64,000 nucleotides of DNA from Phoronis australis (taxonomy: Eukaryota > Animalia > Phoronida), in the NCBI GenBank assembly GCA_002633005.1, contig NMRA01000316.1:243581-307580 (forward strand), given 5' to 3'. The stretch's first letter is position 1, and the number at the start of each line of letters is the position of its first letter. The notes beneath the pieces are model-generated. The model did not search any database and had not been told where the DNA came from. It worked only from the letters and a program-made list of their open reading frames with translations. Position numbers and translations under genes: made by a program. This document shows positions 52,447 to 64,000 of this stretch, piece after piece.

Positions 52447-53476
52447 CTGTAGAAAAAAAAAATAAATGAGGCGATACGATAGACTAACGTACAACAAGCC
52501 GATAACTGACAGAAGATGCAATTACACAATGCTCCGATGCAAGATGAACGGCGCCACATTCCAATCTGGATGAGTTGGTGATTTCCCATTAAAACGGGAA
52601 GAAGGCATGTATAAAAACACTTCCACTGCGAACTGAGAATGTGCGTGTCTGTTGTAGGTGAATAAACCGAACAACCGAGAGAAGTGCCAATGAAATGAAT
52701 ATAAAGGACGTCTCTGTCCAACTGCAGGACGGTAGACACGCCAACGTAGTGAAAGTACAGAAAACGTCGACAGGAGACGTGGGTAAAACTTTGAGACAAA
52801 AAAGAGCAGTGATAAGATCTCTGACAAAGCGCAAAACGATGAAGCGTAACGTATGTGTATGTTTTCTCAAAATTCCCGAACCAGTGTCCTTACATGTTTA
52901 TTTTGCATGACTTATTGTTCGTTAAGCCTGCTAGGTGTATTTATGTTTGCGAGCGGTATGCATTACTGAAACAGTGTTACCTGAGGTGGCTCAATGGTTT
53001 ACTGAATTATACGAAAACCATTAAGCTCGCAGGTTTTGAATTTTAAACTTGTGTTTATAACACTTGATATTGTGGTCATATGATTCTGAACACACATCTT
53101 TAGCGTGACAATATCGGTGTCCGAGGTTATGTCTTACATCTAACACTAAAATGGGTAACGCGATACCCTTATACATTTCGACTCCCGACCGAAGCATTAT
53201 TAGAGGACCATGGGTAACCGGAAAACAAGTACACTCGAGAGAATACTAAGTGAAAAAACATGATCAGATACAATAGGGCAATATCAATTTCCAGTTGAGA
53301 CGACTATGTCATAGACGAAACAAAACTAAAAAAACAACCACCCGACGTGATAGACAATCTTACAGGGCTAATATACACATGAAAGTAGTCAGCACGCCAC
53401 GACTCCTTAGGAAGCCCGGCTTAGCCAATCAGTATTGGAATGACTTGTTACGTTCTTGCTGTCTTTTTGGGCTTAA

Positions 53477-53710
53477 AGGTGCTTAGTCTCATTAACCTGT
53501 GAATACGCAAATGAAGTAGTTATTTACAACCAGTTCCTGGTCCTCCAGCGTGCCGGAATCCATCCAGAACCATTTCAATCTCAAGAAAGTCTCGTTTTAC
53601 GAGACTATTTTTATGCAAATGAATATCGTAATATTTCATGATTACTTTAATGAAACAAGGCGCAGTTTTTATTACTTGTTTATTTCAATAGCAAATAACG
53701 ATTACGTAAT
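53477..53710. mobile_element. Kolobok-like element (copy 2)
   Basis: TTAA|AGGTGC...; colinear with 1586-1816. Confidence 0.55.
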
Positions 53711-54646
53711 ACATGTATTTGGGATTACCTGCGTTTTTTACATGTTTACGCTTGATTTAAGGGTATTAGTTGTAGTGTTTTTAACCGCAAATTATTTACA
53801 AATTGTTACTTTCCCTGATTATACTTGTACACACAGTTCTCCAGAAAGTCATCAGGTGGCGATTGCGACAAATTTAAACATTTACGGTTTTAATGAGATA
53901 TCTCATATTTAATCTTCTGACACTCACCTTGTGGGCTAAATACCCACCGGCAACGAGTGATGAGATTCATGCCAACACTGTAACATCATGTATTACCATA
54001 TACATGTACATGCGCGCGTATTGCGCCAATATTAGAAGCTGCGCCTAAACTCGGAATTATGCGCCCGCGCTTGTACCCCAGCCATTTGAGTAAACCCATT
54101 TTTACAAGTGAGCGGCTCCGGATGTAAGTGAACCACATTTGATTAAAAAATATTCTCAAATATTTTCTGCTCGTGGAATGTTGTGAAAAATCTTGCGATT
54201 GACATAGGCGCTCGTAATAAACCTAGACGTACTGAATGTACGTGAATTTAGTTTAGCCACCTGATTTTAAAACCTAAAGCCTACTTGAATGTCTATTATT
54301 TTTGCGATGGTTAACTAAGTGTTTGAATGTATTACAGTTTAACGTCGTGTGGGTCCTTCCGCACTAACCTATTCGTTCAGCCAAACATCTACAAAATTGC
54401 AAAATCTAACTCGGTAAAAGTATGTGTTTTCTGAAAGTAGAAAGCTGTAAAGATTGATTTAACTGAGGATGCAAATCTGTCATTGGTAGAGACACGTGAC
54501 CGTTTGTGTTTAGCAAAATTTAGCGACAAAAAGGCGAAAAGCACATTCAAACCATAGCAATGGTATCAATAACTTGACCTAATCCTACTTGACATTTAAA
54601 GTTTAAGATGAAATCTCAAAAACACTGTTAGAGTTTTCTAAACCAG

Positions 54647-54893
54647 AGACCCGTTCCAGCAAAACTGACTTAGCTAAGACAAATCTTAATTTTTAGTAAA
54701 TTTTAAAATAAAAGTTAAATTTGTCTCAAACCAATTCAAGAAAGAGATCTAAAGTTTAACTTAAGTGTTTGACATTAATTTTGTCTCGGTTTTGAATAAC
54801 TTATCGACTGTGGAAGTTTCAAAGTTTGCAAGTTAAGGCAAATATTAAACTTAAGTCAAAAATGAACTTCAGTCAGTTTCTTGGAACAGGCCC
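54647..54893. mobile_element. Harbinger-like MITE
   Basis: CAG|AGACCCGTTCCAGCAAAACTGACT...AGTCAGTTTCTTGGAACAGGCCC|CAG. Confidence 0.65.
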
Positions 54894-55970
54894 CAGCTTT
54901 TCGTTTTCATTTTCTGCATTTGTAGAGATTTTCCTTAAAATATAAAAATCCTATATATGATATCCCCCGTCCAATTTGGGTCTTTTTAAAACATTTTTTT
55001 TTTTCCTAACAACGTTTTAGAGAACAGTGTATTAAGAATAGCGTCTGAAGGTTCCATGTGAATCCTAGCGGTCATTTCTGAGATACGTGTACGATGTTCC
55101 AAAGTTCAGAAAATTTGGACATTTGTCTAGTGCCCCTACTAAACCTCAATTTCTGTCCAAGCATCGCCTCCCTCTATTCAAGTCTGGTTCAATAAGGGGT
55201 TCATGATCCTTTACATACACGAAGACATTGAAACCTATTTTGCAACAGTTAAACACTAAACCGGACTGTATGACAATACGTGTAGCGGGCACAAGTAGGG
55301 GCCCGGGGGGGGCGAAGACGGGACGACGGCCCCGGGCATCCACACCGTGAGGAGAGCATCCAGTCACTATAGATTTTGAAATTGTGACTGATTTGTAGTC
55401 GATTAAATAAAGTTTCTAGTTATAGTGTTTCGTCTTTTTTTTACTTTTCTTAGTTCTGGGATCCATGCATTTGAGTACAGAGAGACTGTCGGCCAATAAA
55501 AAATCGCCCCGGGCATCACCAAACCTCTGCACGCCATTGTTGTAAGACATGTAATACTTACTACATGTACTTATTTACGAGTGAGCCTAACAGAATTTCT
55601 TTCCGATGTGTTGTAACACAGGACATGCGCTGTCAAACCTAATTGCGTAAATATGTTTCGCATATATACATGCAACGCGCCTTGGTCGCCTGGGTAATAA
55701 GACTAGAACATGATTTAGCTTACAACTGTACATGTATGATTGGTCATAAAATTAACGTCGGCTGGGTAATTTAGAACAAAGGCTGGCCCTGCCAGATTGG
55801 TCCCTTCTTCACAATTCTACCCAAGTTTATAGCTGCCCGCTGACGGTAACGCTGTTTAGTATTCTCACTGGTGCAAACCTTATCCTACATACGGTTGGGC
55901 ACTTGTCTTCGTAAAGCATACCGGATATGTGAAATAATTCTTCATGTACAGAATACATGTACCTATACAA

Positions 55971-56118
55971 CATGGGCGGCGTACCATCATATAGCAGGCT
56001 GGGGGAGGCATTTTTTTCAGTGCTCCGCCGCCCACGGTCTATGGGTGGTGCATCACAGGCCGGGGGCTGGGGGGGGGGCTATAGTCCCACCACTTTTTTC
56101 AGTGCTGCGCCGCCCAAA
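55971..56118. mobile_element. Two tandem short MITEs of the CATGGGCGGCG family
   Basis: CATGGGCGGCG...CGCCGCCCACG followed by TATGGGTGGTGCA...TGCGCCGCCCAAA. Confidence 0.5.
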
Positions 56119-58659
56119 CAAACGCTGCTGTCTGTACTCTCTACAGCCTTTCCGAAATACTAAAGTACCGACACCTACATGTATCAGCTAGTCAACCCGA
56201 GTTTAACTTTCCAAATACGGAAGTCAATTCTGTCAGGAACTGATTGTATTTTTGGCTCTCATGAAACAGACTGCGTGCGCGCTGGGGGCCAGAACGAGGC
56301 TAAATGGAGTCCAGCAAGAAGTTTGTGCGAGCAACATGTCTTTAATTCCAGTCAGGTGTTACAATTGTGTACGCTTTTTGTAAGCCTATGCTTTACTACA
56401 TAACATGCGAAGCCATGATGTCAAATGCCAAAATATGATACCCAGCATCAGGACTTTATATGAACATGTGGACACGTGCAGATGTCTTACGAAGCTAGTA
56501 AATTAGTACTGCATGGGTTGTCCAGTGCGCTCGAACCACGATCAAAATCAGATAAACGTGACTAAGAGGTCAATGACAAATGAAGTGTAAACAAACTAGT
56601 AACGTGTACAAGTACTGATTAGAATTTCTGCTATAAATATAAAGAAGGGTCAATGAATTCGCAGACCGGTCTTGTGGTAATACTTACCCATAATCTTAAT
56701 GCCATTCGTTAACTTTGATACCACTCGAACGTTATTACATCCAAGATTCATCTTTTTGAAATTGACTTTACCGTAAATATTCACTGTGGTTTTATTGGCC
56801 GTTCATACGAGACCGTCGGATGTGTAACGTATGGTGTTACAAATGTCCCTGTTATTGTTTCAGTCAGTCAATTTTGTGTAAGCATACGAAACGTAGTATT
56901 GGAATTTCATCAATAACACATTTGTGAGTTTATTTACTGTAGAGGAAATACTGTCAAAAATGGACAGAAATATCAAATAATAGCTCTCAGGGCGACTCAT
57001 GCATCTAACCCAAACTACCCCAGTCTTCCGCTGCCGTGTCAGAGGACAGTTGTTCCTACTGAGCACACGTGCTGGCTGTGGGACAGTTTTGTCAACAATT
57101 TTTTTTTACAAATGCGGTGTTCCAACCTTCGCTGTTCACGGCGTGGAGACCTATACTACTGAATGCGCGGTCCTCGGTAAACTAACTAGTCCCAAGTAAC
57201 GACAACGAAAAGAAACCAAGAAGTAACAAAATTAGTTTTAAAGAGTAGAAAATATTTTTAGAAACTAAAACTGTGTCGGACCAATTATTAAATGTTTGGA
57301 AGAAATGGACAAGGAAATCACGAATCTGTCTGTGAACTATTTCGTCAGTTATGAGTCACGTAAACCCAGTGTTCGACCATAAGCAAATAAACGCACTGGC
57401 CCGTCGGGCCATATCATGAATATGAGACCACATCCACATAGGGCTCTGGTATATGTGAAAGTTTGCTGGCCCGGTCACACATCCACTGGCCCCGGGCCAT
57501 CGGGTCAACGCCTATTTCGAACGCTGCCTGAACCTGACGAATTCGTCGTGGGCTGTAGTTTGAAAATGGCCTCACTCTGCCCTGTGACGAGTTTGTACAC
57601 TAATTTTGAGAGTGGGTGGCGTAAATTTTAGATGTAGACACAAGAAATTGCCAACACGAACTGTACTGGGCATGCGCATAAATTAACAATTACATATCTA
57701 GACGCCAACGAAATACGTGGACAAACACAAATAGGAAATAATGGCACTTGAAATTAAGATTTATGAATAAGATGAAATGTCTTAGTGTAATTAGTAGACA
57801 ATTCATAGTACATATAATTTATATGAAATTCAGTTACTGCTTGTCTACTGAACATTAGACAACGCTTTTGTAGCAAATAATTATGTTTAGGGCGGTTAAA
57901 TCACGTCTTTTGTGGAATTTTATTCCAAAATTTTACTTATGGCTAGTTTGTACTACATATTACGAAGTCAAAAGTGCAGTAGAGATCTCCATGCTGTGTT
58001 GTTGTTATGGAACATAAAATTATAAAGGATCACAAACGGTTCTATTCACGTGATCTTACAGCCCCAAACTATAGACTGATATATAGTTTATTAACCCCAC
58101 TTAAAAATCCAAACCATGCGACCCACTTATGCGCGACCCTTGACCCTCATGGCGAATTCAATTTAAATCCAAGCATTCAACTATACCATATAACAAAACA
58201 TTCCGTAGCAAAATCCCATGCAGGCAATTCGTGACTCCAGTGGTGGCAGGCGTAATTTGCAATGACATCGTGAAACATGTCGCCACCAAGCGTGGTGTCG
58301 TCGAAAATGCAGAGTTAGCCATTTCTACTAACGAAGGTGTGACGCTTCTTTGACTTGTAAAATTTAGGCCACGTTGTATTGCACGATGTTTCTACTTGTA
58401 GTTCCGTGCCTGCTCAAGTAATACTTATCCATTTGTGTTACGCTACATGGGTTGGGTTGTAAACAAGGAGACATTAAGTAAACAAAACGCAATGTGTCCG
58501 GAAAGGGAAAAAATGACGGAGAAAAATCGCGATGTAACAGTTGCGAGGTCCCCTTAGCATTGTTTGCAGGTAGGATAGTTTGAAGAGATCGCTGTTCAAC
58601 GAAAAATGCAAACTCCACCAATAAATCGTCGAGGAGAAAAATCACCCAGCGACTCTTGG

Positions 58660-59100
58660 CAAGTTATTTAGGACCTAATTTGGTTCACTTCAGAACATTG
58701 TGTCTCAAAATGGTTACTCGGATTCACGATTTATGCACCTTCCGCCAAAACACTTTTGGGAACTGTTTCGGAAATTGTCCACTCCTGAGGGGGCTGTTTA
58801 ACGATTTTTTTCTAAACAAAATAAAAAATTCCATAACAGAAAAACGAAATGTTAAATTATAAAACTGTAACAGCGTATTTGAGACTTCGTCTTTAGCATT
58901 TGTATCAAGCGAGACTTAATCGTGTTATTGTTGCAGTTGTTTTGCTATGAACGTTCCTGATATGATCACGTGACCCAATTAATGGGAGATTGTTTACAAT
59001 AAAATTCTACATGTTTAATACTTTCTGAAAATACGTACTTTTACAAAGTTAAGATCTATAGTTTTGCTGGTATTTGGCTCAATATACGGACTTGCCGACA
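58660..59100. repeat. Dispersed repeat related to 29060-29520
   Basis: Shared colinear blocks. Confidence 0.55.
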
Positions 59101-59399
59101 TGGCCCTAACATATTAACCTTACCACTTGTCAAAACTATTGTGTTGCAACAGTTAACCCCTTTGTTTATTTCCTTTGCTTCCCAACAAACGCTGAGAAAC
59201 CAATCCTCTCTAGCGGAACGAATATGGTAGAGTCTTGATGACCGGAGTCTAATATTGCTGTACTTCGAGAAGTTGCCGAGTCTAATATTGCTGCAGTTCG
59301 AGAAGTTGTCGAGCTAACTGAAAAGGCCAACCGGTGCGTAAAAAAATGGATAGGATCTTCATTTCAGCGTTGAGTTTCGGATAGACAGACAATGTCTTA

Positions 59400-60300
59400 A
59401 TTTATGGTATAGATGGGTGTACTATTTCCTTTTTGTTATAACTGGATGCCTGGGAGTAATTATTTTCTGGAATATCGATACTTCGGTAATGAAATCTTCA
59501 TCAAAGTTTTTCAACAATATTTTATGCTTGAGCAGGTCCATCAACTTCAATATCCATTGCCTTGTTAGTGTTGTCGAAACGAAAGTAATAACCTGTATTC
59601 ATTTAATATTTAAGATCAATAAAATAACTGGTAGAACAAAAAGAAACCTTTGGGCATGTGAGTCTCTGGATACAACTTTTGGAAAGATATTCGCATGAGC
59701 ACGGTAAATAACTACCCACTCAAAACGTCTCCCACGTGCTGTATATCCTAATACATATTGTGGCGTTGAACTAAACGACCAAGAATTCGATTTTAAGAAT
59801 TGCACTTAATTTATTTTTGTCATTTTACAAAACATGTTTTCTTGAAGAGTATGTTTAATAGGAAAATGTTTTCACTGAATTGCCTACGTTATTTTCACGA
59901 AGTTGTTAAAGGTAATGCATTGAATGAGTAATTGTATAGATAAATTGTTGTATGTTAATATGCAAAATGGAAACTTCCCCAATTGCAGTTTTTGTACATT
60001 AAATGCAGAGGCAATGACTCGCTCAATTTTTGGGTTCTTCTAACTATTCCTGGAATACATTTTGTGTTAGATATTTTACTGACTGTTGCGATACGTCAAG
60101 ATATATCTTGTGTTTTGTGAAAGGCATTTGGTGGCAAATAACGCACTCAATTGTATTTTTAGCAAGGCACTGTCGATTTAAAACAAGGAACTTCTATTAA
60201 AACTGTCAGAGGAAGCTCAAGCATTTTTTCGTAGAAAATATGATTTTTTGTCAGAAGCGAGATTATAAAGAAATAGAATCCAAGTTCTTCGTCAAAGTTT
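59400..60300 (+). pseudogene. Possible decayed L1/Tx1-like LINE ORF2 3' end
   Basis: Near 59970 NCSFCTLNAEAMTRSIF resembles the C-x2-C-x4-E(T)-x2-H zinc knuckle; AT-rich with many stops. Confidence 0.25.
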
Positions 60301-61525
60301 TACAAACGATCTTCTCCCTTTTTGTCTAATAGTGAATGTTAACATGGTGTATAAAGCGACATTTTCGCTTCACTGAAAAAGCGATTTTTAACCACTTCAT
60401 CCAAAATCAAAAGGGAAACCATGCTCTTTCAAAACATTTTTTTTAAATAAAACACATAATCCAGTGTTCAGTTTTTAAGGTTATTTTCAAATCTGATAGT
60501 ACACGCATCAAGGGTGATGAATAAGGGTGACTATCAAACGTAATGAAAGCAATTGCATAGATAATCACAGGACAAATTTTCCTATTTTTAATGTGTTTCA
60601 TTCGATGAACTAAATAATAACTTGTTGACAAAAAGGAACGAGTTGTCAATTATTTTTGTGCTGGTAACCAGCTCTCTAAAATATTTACAAAAGCAAACAA
60701 TGTTGCAAAATAACTATTTTTCATATTGATATAATTAATGATTTATTTTCGACACGTTCCTAATATTCCAAAGCATTTACAATGTATTATCGTGCTATTA
60801 CGATAATTCTACAATTGCGTATATTTAATTTACCAGTAAATTATTTACGATTAGGCCGACACTGACTTGACAAAATAACACGATATAATTATTGAGTCAA
60901 GGTTTAATGGTGGTAATTAATGCATAGTGGGGTATTTATTTCTCAATCAAATAATTTACTACAACGTTTGTATTTTTGTAAACTTCATTTACGTTAGTCT
61001 CCAACTATTCCGCGCGCTCCGCCCTAGTGCATGCGCCACGGAAATGTTTTGATCATTAATTACAAATTGTGTCTTTCACAAAAAATGTTTTGGTTGTGAA
61101 ACAAGACCAACAATTTGGAGCCATGAAAACGTCAGAAACAAGTTAATGATGACAATGATTATCATCGTATTAAGGTGACATTATCCGGGAGAATAGTAAT
61201 TTCTGATATGAATGACTTACCTTGGACTTCTTGCGCGCAACCAACCTAAAATATGGGGAGCTCAAATTTTTGAGAACGTGGACCTTTTACTGAGTTTCAC
61301 GGGGTACGTTCAGAGCTATGAATTGTGAATTCGCAGAGCTTTGGTAGTTCCTGCGGTTATAGTGGACTTTTGTGTCGTTTTCTCCTTTGTTCGGAGTATT
61401 TGTTTCTCTAAGGATGACATTTTTGTCCACTTCGCCAAATGGGGCACGCATGGACTTGAACCTGGACTCCTGTGGTGGTAGGCAAACGCCCTGTTGGCCT
61501 CTAAGTCTCATTCGATAATGGTTAG

Positions 61526-61681
61526 CAGGGGCGGATCCAGGATTCTGATTAAGGGGGCCAGGGTAGAATATTAGCTAGGATTTCGCCCATCAGACATTCG
61601 CACCCACCACTTGCCAAATTGAATATGGAAGAATTATAAGGGGACCATGGCGCCCTTGCCTCCCCCCTAAATCCGTCACTG
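61526..61681. mobile_element. 156-bp hAT5-like MITE with perfect 5-bp TSD
   Basis: GTTAG|CAGGGGCGGATCCAGG...CCTAAATCCGTCACTG|GTTAG. Confidence 0.85.
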
Positions 61682-63127
61682 GTTAGACGTTTTTAAGCAA
61701 ACTTAAATGTTAAATTCACCACCTTTGATCTCAGTGAATGTCTGGCTGACGACGTCGAGAATTCAAGCTATTTGTAATTTCAAAAAACACAAAGAGGTTT
61801 TGTTTGTTTTGTTGGTCCGGTCAACTAATAGCTTCACGAAGTCTATCCCACTCAACAATAATAACAGAAATGCGTTTTTTTCGGTCGTAATGTCCCTTTA
61901 AAAGAGGTATGATAACAATGGAGGCAACGGTTATGAAAAATACATTTAATATGATTTTTGTCGAGGAGAAGAAAAGATTTAAGAAAACGATCTTAGTGCG
62001 CGTATTCTTTAACAAGTAGTCAGTACTCCATAGACGAGTTTTTAAACTATGATACTACCACGGACAACAAAACTATGCATTAAACCAATCGATAATTTAC
62101 AACACAGCCGAGTTTCTGCAGCCTTATTAGAAGAGTTGAATTCAGACTTAAAAACGACATGCTCGGGCCCTGTGAAGAGTGGCCGCACACACCGTGCTGA
62201 ATATTTTTGTCAGTACGACTCGCCGTAGTAAAATAAAACACATTTTTAAATTAACCCCCGGTTTTGGGGAAAACTATGTAAATTCGTCAGACCAATCTAT
62301 GACAATGTCTTCAAGTAATTGAATCACCGACGACAGGCAACATTTTACTGTCTATACAGTAAGTAGGTTCTCGGTTAATAAACATTTAAAAGCGTAAGTA
62401 GCGTCCAATCGCCACTTCAAAGTGTAAGTAGCGTCCAACCGCCACTTCTAGAGTCGGCGAGAATATGCATTCCTGAGAGCCCCACGAAGTTCGATTTCCA
62501 ATGTCAAAATCACACTGGAATAGAACGACTTTTCGGAAAAGCATTCAATCGGAGAAATAAAATTCATGATTGCCAACTTTTCTTACTACAAAACCGTGGA
62601 AAATGACCTCACTCGGCGATTCTCATGAACACCAGTTGCAGACAAAAATAGCAACCTACACAGGAAATGATGTCAAGAAACATGACACCGACAAGAAAAC
62701 GCCCTGGATATGGCTTCAAGCCTCGCATCTCGATGTTTGGTTTTGAAAATCATCATTTGAATTTAGCACGAAATACAACGATTGTCAAACACCGTAAAAC
62801 ATATTGATTACTGTAACACCTTTGACTTTGAGTCCAGTGGGTTTTGCTAAGCTTTCGTTTATTTTATAACGAATAGCCTTCGTGTCGTTTGATCTAGATG
62901 ATGTTTTTAATATTGGGATTTCAGATGGGCATGTTTTTAATTGACAATGCGATCATTTGACCGCCAACGCACAGCTCGATAAGCATAGAATTAATTTGCT
63001 TTATATCGATCATGTGAAACTACTGGGCAATGCATAAATTACATCCGGGAGGAGCACGACGCAAGTTTGGTTTGGGTTTCGAACTTTCGTGTTATGAGGT
63101 GCTGGTTCGCATTTGGGTTTTCTTGCA

Positions 63128-63283
63128 CAGTGGCGGATTTAGAGGGGGCCAAGGGGGCCATGGCCCCCCTAAAACTCTCCCAGAATCCATTCGGCAGTTC
63201 GGGGGTGCGAATGTCTGACGGGCACAATGCTGGCTAATACTCTGCCCTGCCCCCCCGAACTAAAAATCCTGGATCCGCCCCTA
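63128..63283. mobile_element. 156-bp hAT5-like MITE, inverted relative of 61526-61681
   Basis: TTGCA|CAGTGGCGGATTTAG...CCTGGATCCGCCCCTA|ATGCA (TSD 4/5). Confidence 0.8.
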
Positions 63284-63778
63284 ATGCAGGTTATTCGGGT
63301 GAGGAGTAGATTGTCTAATGTGCATCATGTACCTGTACGTGGCGACATTATATTATTTAAATGCGCGAAAGACAGCGCCGGATAATACAACGCTACAACG
63401 TCAGGCCCCGGAACAAACCAGGGCAGTCGACTAACACGCTTCACATGCCCGTTTGTGCCTTATTGTGAAACATGAACAAAAAAATTGCGTTGTGAAAAAA
63501 GGTTCGATCGGGACAGCTAGAAAATACTGTGGCAAACATTGAGGGGCAGGTCTAACTTTTTGACGACTAAGGAAGCATCTTGATGAACTCTTTCAGAAAT
63601 TTTACGGTTCCCGAGAGAAATCCGACATCGGCGAAAGAGGGCGAAAATGGAATGAACGAAACGAGACGGTGGTCACCATGGAAACCTGAACGCATAGCAT
63701 CAACACATTTACAGACTATGATAATAGACTAAGAACGACTAAGATTACATCCGATTAAAAATGTTCCTTACAGTTTAC

Positions 63779-63887
63779 CTGTGCCATCGGCTTTAATCCC
63801 AATCGCTGCATTCTGAAGGGCGTGTGACACATCTCACATGTTGTTCGGCCGCTGGTTTGCAACCACGTGACCAGACAGTTTTGATGA
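63779..63887 (-). CDS. MARCHF-like exon (C-terminal half of RING-CH)
   Basis: Branch-like CTGAC, TGTCTTTGCAG acceptor; HQNCLVTWLQTSGRTTCEMCHTPFRMQRLGLKPMAQ; donor CAG|GTAAAC. Confidence 0.9.
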
Positions 63888-64000
63888 CTGCAAAGACATG
63901 GTGTCCAGTCAGTCAGTTTCAATGTTGGACGAGCTTGTCTGCGATGATTTACCGACAACTAAGTCACTACAATCCCTCTTTCCAAAACAAAAATGTTGAC

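Larger units (their letters stand above)
50304..63887 (-). other. MARCHF4/9/11-like RING-CH membrane E3 ligase gene, 5'-partial: join of 63887-63779, 52446-52293, 51870-51679, 50593-50304
   Basis: GT-AG introns with compatible phases (0,1,1); RING-CH C-terminal half, two TM helices and the conserved juxtamembrane W-x3-N motif. Confidence 0.85.

Noticed and set aside
61221-61245. Possible 25-nt micro-exon (TAG|...AAG|GTAAGT) in the MARCHF intron
   Set aside because: Would shift the frame, and the flanking exons already join at the conserved Q|W junction; acceptor is weak.
63888-63958. PCLCS just before HQNCL suggests a deleted RING-CH C-x-C-x7-H motif
   Set aside because: The sequence is better read as branch point, pyrimidine tract and CAG acceptor; the true C-x-C exon probably lies beyond the right edge.

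Overview
AT-rich, repeat-dense eukaryotic genomic DNA from a bilaterian invertebrate (inferred from gene and repeat content), with two assembly gaps. All three intron-containing protein-coding genes are on the minus strand. (1) First coding exon (3012-2440) of a transmembrane adenylate cyclase, probably ADCY2/Ac76E-like; the rest lies left of the window. (2) A complete BMI1/PCGF4(Psc)-like Polycomb RING-RAWUL gene with 8 coding exons (36540-25124, 401 aa from the conserved start); five exon lengths match my recollection of human BMI1 exactly. (3) The last four exons of a MARCHF4/9/11-like RING-CH membrane E3 ligase (63887-50304). Introns and intergenic DNA hold many non-autonomous DNA transposons: hAT-like MITEs with 5-bp TSDs, Harbinger-like MITEs with CWG TSDs, Kolobok-like and MULE-like elements, and a P-superfamily-like element with a 7-bp TSD and a THAP exon. 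Also present are tRNA-derived SINE heads, palindromes and minisatellites (45, 21, 21, 27, 39 bp), plus a strong excess of the octamer TACATGTA. I found no prokaryotic system, CRISPR array or clearly new multi-gene system. All calls come from manual reading, without database searches.
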